Positions 1 through 11,683 of a DNA stretch of 64,000 nt are shown here, piece after piece. Under the pieces are notes generated by a model, which was not told the DNA's origin, did not search any database, and saw nothing but the letters and a program-made list of their open reading frames with translations. This DNA comes from the human T2T-CHM13v2.0 reference genome, Homo sapiens: the NCBI RefSeq assembly GCF_009914755.1, contig NC_060927.1; one strand, given 5' to 3'. Both the position numbers and the translations under genes were made by a program. The first letter of the stretch is position 1. Each line of letters opens with the position of its first letter.

Positions 1-149
1 GTACATAACATGTGTTGACCTTTTAGTATCCCCATTAACAATTTCTTTACTGATCTTCCAGCCTCTACTCACAATCTCCATGCTATTCTTCAGCTTCTAC
101 CATCTGTTCAATCCCAAAGCAAATATCACAAGTTTTAACTTTTTGTTAC

Positions 150-310
150 GGCAACACCCAGTTATTTGCTTACAGTTTCTACAATCTGGAAATCTGGATG
201 AGGTTCACTGGGTCATTCTTTTCCTGTCTTATCTGAGGTCACTCATGCAACTGCAGTTATTTGGAGGTTTAACAGAGCTGCATGTCTAAGATGGCTTCAC
301 TCATGTATAA
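150..310 (-). mobile_element. Old MaLR (MLT1-type) LTR fragment
   Basis: Degenerate MLT1-like motifs 'gtcactcatgcaactgcagtt' and 'tctaagatggcttcactcatgt'. Boundaries approximate. Confidence 0.5.
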
Positions 311-1088
311 TGCTTCATCTGTTGTGTCTGAGGTAACGTTGTGTACTGTCTAAATCCTGGTAACAATTTTAGTATGTTTTATTTCAGGAAATTATTCTAG
401 TTTTTTTTTTCTTTCTGATATATCGATTCTAAGGGGTTACTCACCTTAGCATTCAAGGAATTGTACATTTTGACCTTGTCCTGTTCTTTTGTAACCTCAG
501 CAAATTCTGTCCACTATTCTGGTTTTTATAATTTTTGAACAATCCATGCGTTTTTGTATCTCTTACCTTTTTTCATATTTTACCTAGCTGCTTTTGTACC
601 CTTTTCTTCTTTTTCTGTGATGAAATTGTATTTATTCTTCAAGACCTAACACCAATGTCATGCCTCTGGGTCTTCACAAAGTTATTATCACTCTCCTCTG
701 TGCTACAATTTGTGCTAATTATTTGTGTATCTGTTTCACTAGGGCTGTCAGATAAAAGAGGTGTACTTAAAAAATCACATGATGTGAATGATCACAAAGC
801 ACTGAGTAGTTAAAAGTGCAGCCTGTTGGTGCTCCTGTGGAATGCTCTGTTTCTTCTCATTTCTGTGAAATAAGTAAATTTTCTTGAGGGAGAGTTGTAG
901 TATTTTAGATCTGGAAGGCCTTAGAAAATATTTTTATCCATCATTTTATGAATCAGGACACTAAATTACTGAGAACAGAATTTAATTTCCTGGGGCCACA
1001 CAGTCGTAACTAATGTTAGATTGAGAACAAAGCCCAAATATGTCTTAATCTGGCCTTTATATGTTTCCCTTCCACCTATCCCCCATTC

Positions 1089-1322
1089 TTTTTTTTTTTT
1101 TTAATGAGACAGAGTCTCTCTCTGTCACCAGGCTAGAGTACAGTGGCGCGATCTTGCCGCACTGCAACTTCCGCCTCCTGGGTTCAAGCGATTCTCAAGC
1201 CTCAGCCTCCTGAGTAACTGAGATTTGTTGGACAGGATAGTCTCAATCTCCTGACCTCCTGATCTGCCTGCCTCGGCCTCCCAAACTGCTGGGATTACAG
1301 GCATGAGCCACTGCTCCTGGCC
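1089..1322 (-). mobile_element. Alu (AluSc-like) with ~60 bp internal deletion
   Basis: T-run, then 'gagacagagtctctctctgtcaccaggct' ... 'gctgggattacaggcatgagccac'. The sequence jumps from 'gagtaactgagatt' to 'tgttggacaggatag' at ~1225, removing the A-rich linker. Confidence 0.93.
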
Positions 1323-2464
1323 CCCACTATTCTTTCTCACTCTTTCATTTCCTCATTCCAGACATCTATGCCCTCACTTTGAAATGCTTCAATGTTTGCT
1401 GCCTGCCAGACCCAAAGCACAGGAGCCCTAAGTTTCTCATTATTAATTAGGCCTGCTCTGCCTTCTATTTCTCTTCAGGAGTCTAATGTGGACACTGCTG
1501 GAGCAAGATTTAAGCATCACTTTTGAAATTCATGCTGCTGAGGATGATGAAAATATATATAGATATGGATTCATCTGGAACTTTGCTTTTAGAGATGATA
1601 AACAGGAAAAATTACAGTGAGGCTTTAGGGATTTTTGTAATTTGCTTGAATGAATTTGAGACCTCTTGGTCAGCTATGCAACTAAGACACAATAAGCTGA
1701 TTTAAAATAGAATAAATCTGTATCTAGTCATACTCCATATCTACTGAATGATGTATATTTAAATTGATGTATATTTAAATTGCATTTAAATAACTTGTTA
1801 TGATATTTTATCCTAAAAGTCGTACTACTGAATGTTTGAATTTGTGATTCCTTTTTGCATAATATTGTTAAGGCTTACCTGTATCCAAATTCTAGAAGCA
1901 CAAAAGAGGGCAGTAGACTTTTACTCTTGCTGTATGAACCAGGCTTAAATAGATAGAAAGATTATATTAAGCATGTTTGCTAAAATTTAAAAGCAAACAC
2001 GAATAATTTGGGTTGCTTTATTATACATAGTAAGCAGTATTTTAGTCCTCTTTCAAATCTCAGCTGATATTTCATAACTTTTAATTTTATTTCATAGATT
2101 CATAATTAAGACTGTCATATTGGACATGTTGATGTTACAGATTTAACATTGTTTTAATTTATTCTACTTAATGTCAGACTTTTCTAAGGTTTTGAATTTA
2201 AAAATAACATTGATTTGCAAAGTATTATGCTAATTTACATCAAATGGTCTTTCAGTTTATATGTCTAGGACTATTTTAGCACTATGGAAGAAATAATTGG
2301 AAACAACATGCAAAATTGAATGCAATTTTTGTTTAGTTATACGAGTTCTGAAGTAGCATGAATCCCTAATAAGCTCTTCTTAAACATTAATTTAGGATGA
2401 ATCTCATTAAGGTAGTGGTACTTGTACTTAGAGATATTAGTTTGTGTTTAAAATTTTAGACCTG

Positions 2465-2483
2465 CTGAGAATGTGTGTGTGTA

Positions 2484-2561
<78 letters not shown>

Positions 2562-2596
2562 TATATATATACCTACAGGCTGAGAATATGTGTGTG

Positions 2597-2629
<33 letters not shown>

Positions 2630-2680
2630 CTATATATACCTACAGGCTTAAAGAAGGTATTATTGCTATATATATATATG
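2465..2680. repeat. Duplicated compound microsatellite (TG)n(TA)n(GA)n
   Basis: Two tandem units of 'ctgagaat-(TG)n-(TA)n-(GA)n-gc(TA)n-cctacaggct'. Confidence 0.9.
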
Positions 2681-3362
2681 TATCACTCAGTATAACTTAA
2701 CTAAATACTATTTGTCTATGAAAATTAAAATTGTGAAACACTAGGCATAATTAAAAACCTTTCTTCTGCCTAGAAATATGCTTTAAAACTTTTTTTCTAG
2801 TAGTGCATTAAAATTCAGAAGGAAAGGATGCTGGCAATTCTCGGACCATTGCATTATTGTTCACGAAGGTAAATGGGATATACAGGGCCTTTAGTGACAT
2901 TGTATTGATTTGATCTCTTGAAGAGTGTTGTTATTAAGGCTTCATGGCGCAATCCTCTGCTGCAGTTCAGAAACATTTATGCTGTGTGTTTATGATCTTC
3001 TGTCTAATCATGTTATCAGAGATGACTGTGCAAGCAGAGAGCATAAAGAAATATGAGATACCAGGATTTGCTGGCATTAAATAAGGGAGTTTGAGGATAT
3101 GATGAAAAGCTGAAAGGTAAGATTGGGATCAGAAAAAAAGGGCAGATTTATTGGCTCAGGTAGTATTTTCACTTTCTAAAGGTTCTCACACACTGAATAT
3201 AAACTCTTATATTATAACCTTCAATTCCAAACAAAGCAGCTTTTTCATGAAGCAATTCCAGACTTTCATCTATCTTGAAAAGAATGTGAAATCAAGAATC
3301 CTGAGAAGTCTAAAAATAGAAGGTATTATTTCCAAGCAAGAAAGGATAAAGTTGAATAATTA

Positions 3363-5739
3363 CAGGCATACCTCGGACACATTTCAGGTTCAGTTCCAGA
3401 CCACAGCAATAAAGCAAATATCGCAGTAATGCAAGTCACATGAATATTTTGATTTCCCAGTGAATATAAAAGTTATATTTACACTATTATTGTCTATTAG
3501 GTTTACAATAGCATTGTATCTAAAAACAATGTACATGCTTAATTTAAAAACACCTTATTGCTAAAAAATTGCTAACAATCATCTGAGCCTTCAGCAAGTC
3601 ATAATCATTTTGCTGGTGGAGAATCTTGACTCGATATTGATGGTTGCTGACAGATTAGGGTGGCAGTTGCTGAAGGTTTTGGTACCTGTGTCAATTTCTT
3701 AAGATAACACAACAATGAAGTTAGCCACTTCAGTTGACTCTTTCATGAAAGATGTCTCTGTAGCATGCTAGGTGTTTAATATCATTTTACCCAGAGTAGA
3801 ACTTTCAAAATTGGAGTCAGTCCTCTCAAACCCTGCTGCTGCTTTATCAACTAAGTTGAAATAATATTGTAAACATTTTGCTGTCATTTCAGCAATATTC
3901 ACAGTGTCTTTACTGGAATTAGATTCTGTCTCAAGAAACCACTTTCTTTGCTCATCCATGAAGGGCAACTCCTGATGTTTTCAAGTTTTATCATGACATT
4001 GCAGCAATTCATTCATATCTTGTCTCTACTTCTGCTTTTTCTCTTGCTATATCCACAACATCTGCAGTTATTTTCTGCAACGTCATCCTTGAGGGTAGGT
4101 GTTAATTTCTTCAAAACTCCTGTGATTGTTGATTTTTTTTACCTCCTCCCATGAATCACAGATGTTCTTAATGGTATCTAGAGTGTTGAGTTCTTGGCAG
4201 AGTATTTTCAGTTTACTTTGCCGGATCCATTGGAGGAATCACTATGGCAGCTATAGCCTTAGAAAATATATTTCTTAAGTCATAAGACTTGAAAGTTGAC
4301 ATTTCTCTGTGATTGATGGACTGCAGAATGGATGTTGTGCTAGCAGATATGAAAGCAACATTACTCTTCCTGTGTATCTCCATCAGAGCTTTTAGGTGAC
4401 CAGGTGCATCATCAGTGATCAGTACTATTTTGAAAGCAATCTTATTTTCTGAGCAGTAGGTCTCAACAGCAGGCTTAAAATTCTCCATAAACCATGCTGT
4501 GAACAGATGTACTGTCATCAACCTTTGTTGTTCCATTTATAGAGCATGGGCAGAGTAGATTTATCATAATTCTTACTAGGTTTAGGATTTTCAGAATGTA
4601 AATGGGCATTGACTTCCACTTAAACTCACAAGCTGCATTAGGTCCTAACAAGAGATCCAGCCTGTCCTTTGAAGCTTTGATGCCAGGCAATGACTTCTCC
4701 TTTCTAGTTACAAAAGGATTGTTACATCTACATTGAAACCCTAAATGTGGCCACCTTCCTCAATGATTTTAGCTAGGTCTTCTGGATAACTTACTGCAGC
4801 TTCTACATCATCAGCACCTGCTGCTTTACCTTGCATTATTGTCTTATAGAGATGGCTTTTGTCCTTAAACCTTGTGAACCAACTGCTGTTGGCTTCCAAT
4901 TTTTATTTTGCAGCTTCCTCCCCTCACTCAGCCTTCATGGAATTTTTAATTCCATGTTAGGGTCTTATTCTGGATTAGGCTGTGGCTTAAGGGAATGTTA
5001 TGGCTGCTTTGACCTTCTGTCCAGATCACTAAAACTCCTTCTCAACAATAAGGCTGCTTTGCTTTGTTATTCATGTGTTCACTGGAGTAGTACTTTTTAT
5101 TCCTTGAATAACTTGTTATTTGCAATCACAACTTGGCTAACTCTGGGGCAAGAAGCTTAGTTTTCACCTATCTCAGCTTTCAAGGCCTTCCTCACTAAGT
5201 TTAATCATTTGTAGCTTTTGATTTTAAGTAAGAGAAGTGTATCTCTTCTTTTCACTTGACCATTTAGAGGTCATTGTAGGGTTATTGGCTTAATTTCAAT
5301 ATTGCCGTGTCTCAGAGACCCAAGGAGACAGAGAGAGAAGGGAGAATGGCCAGTGAGTGGAGCAGCTGGAACACACCATATTTATTTATTAAGTTTTCTG
5401 GCTTATGTGAGTATGGTTTATGGTACACCCCCAAAATAGGGTAGGGACATTGAAAATCACCAATCATACAAAAGTAACATAAAAAATCATTGATAATATC
5501 TGTTATGGTGACCTATGATATAGGATCTACATTACATGTAATAAGGATGTAAAAGTTTGAAATATTGCTGGAATTACCAAAATTACCAAAATGTGATATG
5601 GAGACATAAAATGAGCACACACTTTTGGAAAAATGGCACCAATAGCCTTGCTTGATGCAAGGTTGCCACAAACCTTCTATGTTTAGAAAATGCAATATCT
5701 GCAAATTGCAATAAAGTTCAGTAAAGCAAGACATGCTTG
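3363..5739 (-). mobile_element. Full-length Tigger1 DNA transposon (TcMar-Tigger), decayed
   Basis: Termini 'caggcatacctcgg' and 'cagtaaagcaagacatgcttg', flanked by TA at 3361-3362 and 5740-5741. Length ~2.38 kb. Minus-strand ORF fragments match the Tigger/CENP-B-like transposase. Confidence 0.95.
3768..5274 (-). pseudogene. Tigger1 transposase remnant (frameshifted)
   Basis: ORF pieces 'MPGIKASKDRLDLLLGPNAA', 'KIVLITDDAPGHLKAL' (DDE-domain D-N/D-A-P-G-H motif) and 'DEQRKWFLETES...LVDKAAAGFERTDSNFE'. Confidence 0.85.
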
Positions 5740-6179
5740 TACATTATAGTTTGTTCTTTGTCATGATTTATAAAATAGGTTAAAGGGCAAACCTACTTGA
5801 AATTATAATTTTAGCAAATTATTTTACACATATTTAATACCAAGTTTAGTCCATATTTTATTCTGTTAACTTTAAGACTATATTGAAGTCATATTCCTGT
5901 AGGGCTATAGGGCTGTCCTTAATTTAAAAAGTCAAATTTATGTAAATAAATTTACACACATTTCTATGGGAGCATAAATTTATTCACTATCTCTGTACTC
6001 TTTCCAGACATGACTTACCATGTTACCCATGTCACCCACTGAAATGGCTCCTTTTCATGTGAATTCTGCCTAGAATTTTAGTTCTACCTTTTAAACAAGT
6101 GAAATTAATATGTATATATATGCAATAGTTGGAAACATCAATATATAGTAACAGTTTTTGTACCTTTCATTTTGTCTAT

Positions 6180-6900
6180 CATTATCTCCTTTCTTTTGGG
6201 TTCAAAAGTATGTCTTTTGGTAGTTCTTTTGATAAAGTTCTATGAGCAGTTAAGATTTTTATTTAATGGATATTTAAGAATAGCTTTATTTTTTCTCTCC
6301 CTCTTCAATGATTGTTTATTTAGATGTAGAATACAAGATGATGATGATTTTTCTTCAACATTCTGAAAATGTTATTTCCCCGTCTATGAGAATCTATTAT
6401 TGCTAATGATCTGCCGACAATTTAATTGTCATTTCTTGGGAGATTATGTATAGGTTCTGTATTTTTGGTTTTTAGTTATATCTGATGTGTCTGGGTGTGG
6501 ATTTATTTTTTTCCTGCTTTTCATTCTGTGTTTTTAACCTGAGAAAGAGAGAGACAGAGAAAGAGAGAGAGAGAAAGATTGCTTTCTTTTATTCTGTATT
6601 TCTAGAATTTTTATTAAATATGTTTGTTGGAAACTTTCAATTTATCCTGTCTTTGAAATAATTTAAATCTCAGCAATAATTTCCAGGTTTAGAATTTTCA
6701 CTTTGACTATGCCTAGTTAAGAGTTTACCTCATCTGTTGAGATATCTTTATCTTCACTAGTTTTAGTTGTTAACTTTTTCGTTCTTACTTTTTGTTTCAT
6801 TTCTGCCTACTTTGTTACATAATTCTCTTCCTCTTTTATGGTTATTTTATTCTGGATATATTTTAAGGTCCCATTCTAATTGATTTGGATCAAATTAATC
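6180..6900 (-). mobile_element. Ancient L1M(E) ORF1-region fragment
   Basis: Degenerate antisense L1M motifs 'agatgtagaatac...ttcttcaacattctgaaaatgttatttcccc'. Highly diverged. Confidence 0.5.
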
Positions 6901-7109
6901 TGATTATTTAGTGTGTTGCCTACATTTCTAAGCATTTGGGTCTATCATGTACTTTGGAATTGTAGTAGGCTGACTTTCTGGAAATTTCATATTTTCCTGT
7001 CTGATTTCTGTTACTGTGTCATCAGTTTTTTTATTTGAAAAGTTTGTGATTATACCAACCCAGTTCCCTAGGCTTTAAATAGAGAAAATTTAAGGGGCCT
7101 AATAAATTT

Positions 7110-7450
7110 CCCAAAGAATTCAAGTTAGTAATCCTGGTTGACAGGTAGTTCTGCTTCATGCAGTAATTCAGGGATCCAGACTTCTTGCCTTTAGTAAAGC
7201 AGACATCTCTTAAAGCCTTGTAGTTGTCTGTATCCAGCTCAGAGATTAGAGCAGACTTATGTCCTTCTTAGTCAACTCATATTTGAAGAGTCACATATCA
7301 TCTCCTATCACATACCAACAATGACTACAGTATATGGCTACACATAACACAAATAGAGGGAGTTGCTATTAAATGTTGTTCTTAGCTCAGTAGTCACTTT
7401 CCACAAACAATTCTCTGCCATGGAAGAGGAAGACCAAATTTTTCTAGACA
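7110..7450 (-). mobile_element. MLT1J/K-like MaLR LTR
   Basis: 'gtaattcagggatccagacttcttgcc' and 'gtcacatatcatctcctatcacatacc...tatggctacacataac'. Confidence 0.55.
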
Positions 7451-8045
7451 TTTGGTCATCTCTGCAACAGTCTGTCACTTCACCAACAAAATATAGATAT
7501 TGATCCTCATGTGTCTGATAATGCACAGTTTTCTCCATCAGGCTCAAATAATCCCTGAACCCCTAAGATGAATAAGCATAACACAGGCTGTCAGAGCTGA
7601 TTAGCCACCAGTAACTACATCAGAAATGGTCATGGATGACAGAAGAATCTCACAGATAGTGGAGTTGAAGGTCATTGAGAACAATGACACACACCATTTA
7701 ATCAGTGTCCATATCTTTTGGAGAGCTTCATATTACCTACCCAAAAAGATTTTCCTATTTCTTTTCCTTCCAGCTCTCAACCCAGCTAATTATTGACTGA
7801 ACCCATCTGTTCCTGGAAATATTAGTATATTGTTAAATGTGTCAAGTAGCAACCAAGACAAAGAAATCATAGCTGTTGGCCGGCCTTCCAAGTTATTGCA
7901 TATTAAAAAGTTATACCAAGGCTATTACTGTTGTGTAATATAGATTTTCATCTATCCAAAGCCTCCTGTTACACATCACCTGTCCCCTGATTGCTAAGTT
8001 AATGTCACTTATTTTAGAGTTTTGTTATGGGTCTATTCCAATTAC

Positions 8046-8060
8046 CATGTGTGTATGTAT

Positions 8061-8101
<41 letters not shown>

Positions 8102-8207
8102 GCCACACATATATATAGCCATATATAGCCACTCATATATAGCCATATATATGTATACACACACGTGTGCTTTTTTTATATATTTTATATATATATATAT
8201 GTATATG
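8046..8207. repeat. (CA)n/(TA)n compound microsatellite with 'atatatagcc' units
   Basis: Seen directly in the sequence. Confidence 0.9.
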
Positions 8208-8214
8208 TTGGAGT

Positions 8215-8510
8215 TAAAATATTGTTTAAAAGCTGAGGTAACAGACAAAAATTTCAAAGTCCAGAGCCTTACAATGTAGAAGTTAGTTTTTCATTCACGT
8301 TACAGTCTAAGGTTTGCTTGTTGTTGAGGGCTTTCCATCATACACAAAATAAGGGAACTGTGCATTTTCTTTCTCTAGCTCTGTTATCACCTGTGGATTT
8401 GTTGTTATCTGTATCCAATGAGTAGAGCATATATGTATCCAAGAAAGAGAGCATATATAGTATACAAGTGCCTCTTAAAAAACTTGCCATAGAAATGACA
8501 TGTATGTAAT
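8215..8510 (-). mobile_element. MLT1K-like MaLR LTR fragment
   Basis: 'agctgaggtaacagac...agaagttagtttttcattcacgttacagtc'. Confidence 0.45.
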
Positions 8511-10199
8511 CAACAAGGTAAAGGTTTTTAGTGTAAGGTTAAATATTGTCATGTCAAGTAATTACGGTAATCAGGATTTTTCTTTTTTGAACAGTAGGCA
8601 GGTAGTAAGCTAAGTTATATATATATATATAGTGTATATATCTTAGCAATGTAAATTAAATTTGGGGCCTGATTTTTAGATTTTTAGCTGTGTCTTATCT
8701 GGCTACAAAAGGCAAGACATTTCTTTACAGCCTTCCTAAATCTGTGGTTCTCTGAGGATATTTTGATCTGAAAGATTAAAGCCCAAAGCTTCTTACTTTT
8801 TTTTTCTGTAAACTCTCCAGCCCAGTCAGAAATTGATATATATATATATATATATGCATGTGTGTTCGTATATATGTGTGTGTGTGTTTCATAAAACCAG
8901 ATATAAACCGAACTAAGTATGCCAAATTAAAGTTATTTTTATAAATTCAAACCTTATTCTCTTTATATAGAAATAAATAGTATTCAACTATTTTGAAGAA
9001 AATGTGATTATTTTCATATAGAAACTAAAAATAGCAACAGGGAACATTTGTGGTAAACCTTCTGCAATAACAGTTCATGCATTATTTGAAGAATAATGTA
9101 TTTTACATAAATACATTCAAATTGTTTTTAAGATATCTTGTTGTCTCTTGTAAGAAAATCATCCCAGATGTGGACATAAACTCGGATATAACTTATGGTG
9201 ATATTGGAGGACATTCGTAATATTTTTGAGTCCTTTGAGACAATAACTTTACAAAAATTTAAGAAATTACTGGTGTTCTCAGTTATTCATGTGGCCTTTT
9301 TAGGAAATAATACTTTTTGTACTCAGTTTTTTCCTTCCTTTGGCATGTGATACTATCAATTGAAAATTTGACTTTTATAAATAGTTCTCCATTATGATAT
9401 TATGAAAACTTCTGGTAAGTTATCGTTTTCAATCTGAAATTACTACAAACTATTTTTTTAGAATGAGTATCAATAAATAAATCAATATTATTACTGGAAA
9501 TGGTAGTCTCAGTTTTACAGGGAACTGTAGAGTAGTGGTAAATTTAAAGAGATGGAGATGTTCAGTTTCAAGTCACTGTATACAAGGACTATCAGCATGA
9601 AAAGAAGCATGCTGTACCAAAAATAGATGGGAACATTGAGACCGTAAAAACAAGCTCTGCTTTTCTGCAGCAATGGACAGAAAAAAGCATGATTTATTCC
9701 CATTATTGGACAGTATCAAAAGTGACTGCCATAAAAAGTGATGAAAACCTCTTGAAAGATGGAAACACTGTTCTGTTGGACAGAGATAACTATTGTCTTG
9801 GATAGAATTCTTTAACTAGGATTATGGTATATTTGGTCTTTTTTAAAATAAATGACTAATATTCTCATTTCTTGGTTTTATTTCTATTCTTTTTTAAAAG
9901 TAAACTACTCTTCAGGATTGGTTACTTTTTACCGCCTCGTAATTAAGGAGCCTATATTCTTTATGTTTACAATTAAATATTTTTAATAAAATTAAATGTA
10001 AAAATTGTGTTAATTGAAGATTCTCTATTAATTTAATAATTGCATTATGACCAGGAGGACTTTCCTCTTGAAGCCTAATTTTATGTGGGTGCATTTATAT
10101 ATAGATTGCTATTATGAACTAATTCACTATGGAGATGAAGTATTAATATTATATGTATATAATTTTTTAAATTAGCCTATAAAATAAATAGCATACCTT

Positions 10200-10860
10200 A
10201 CTTATGTAAATAATTTTTATTCATGAGGGTTGTTTTTTTTTTTCAGAAATTCTCTTTCATCTATTGAGGTGACCATAAAATTTTTCTATTTATCTATCAT
10301 GAGATATGTTATAATAATATATTTCCTTAGATGACCAATCTGTGGTTTAATGAAGTTAAGTTATTTGACCTTGATGGATTGTTACCTTAATGTTGAATAT
10401 TATGTATTTTCTTTAATTTATTAAAAACTGGGATGAGGAGATTCTGTTGAATGCTATGAAGTATAAATATGTTTTGAGTGACATAAAGAATATAATATAT
10501 ATACTATGTTCTTGGATAGGAGTTGTAAAGAAGTCAGACTCAAAATTCTTACTGTTTTTGCTACTTTGAATTCAGCAAAAACGGTGCTCATTTTTGTATA
10601 AAATAACAAATGCATTGCAATATAAAGGAATATTTAAAAAGAACAGTAAACTAGAAGAGTATTCCTGGCAGATATTAAAATGTGTTTAAAGGACTGTATT
10701 TAAAATATATAGTATTAACTTCCAAAGATAAATATTCATCAATGTTACCAAGAAAAGAGTTTAAAAATAGACTAAATTACATGAAGTAGTAAAACAATGG
10801 TGAAATTGACTTTATTAATTAATGGGAAGAATAGACAGATTGTTTAATGCCATGGTTGTT
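10200..10860. mobile_element. Ancient L1ME ORF2 fragments (minus ~10200-10420, plus ~10620-10860)
   Basis: Antisense 'tcatctattgaggtgaccata' and sense 'ggcagatattaaaatgtgtttaaaggactgtatttaaaat' L1 ORF2 motifs. Confidence 0.45.
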
Positions 10861-10932
10861 ATGTTGTAGGGGTTGATATTGGGGAGGAGAAACAATGATC
10901 ATTTGGACATAGGGTGAGTATTGCAATTTCTT

Positions 10933-11223
<291 letters not shown>

Positions 11224-11683
11224 TAAGCCCCAGAAGAGTCACTCTCACAATTAAATGTGAGTTGAATGTTGGAAATTAGCAGCCATCGTACCTTAGTGGA
11301 GAGATCTATTTGGGGAAAAGAGAATTCCCACAGAGTTTCTTGTTGCTTTAAAATGAAGCCTAAGGCAAAGTTATAATAAAATGAGGCTGACTTGTAGGAT
11401 ACAAATTAGGATTTTCATGAAAATTTATAACTGTAGTGAAGCAATAACTTTTTAAAAATGATTTGCTTTCCTATTTCTTTTTTTCTTTATTTCTTCTTCA
11501 AAAAGAAAAGGGGGGATAAATGTGCAGAACACGCAGATTTGTTACATAGGTATATTTGTGCCATGGTGGTTTGCTGCCCCTATTGACCCGTCCTCTAAAT
11601 TCCTTCCCCTCACCCCCCCACCCCACAACAGGCCCCAGTGTGTGATGTTCCCCTCCCTGTGTCCACGTGTTCTTAATGGATGT

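Noticed and set aside
1455-1620. Good acceptor 'ttctatttctcttcag' followed by a 46-codon frame
   Set aside because: No donor before the stop and no recognisable protein.
9548-9804. ~85-codon stop-free plus-strand frame (RDGDVQFQVTVYKDYQHEKK...)
   Set aside because: No good splice acceptor or upstream start and no recognisable domain. Open frames of this length occur repeatedly by chance in this window.
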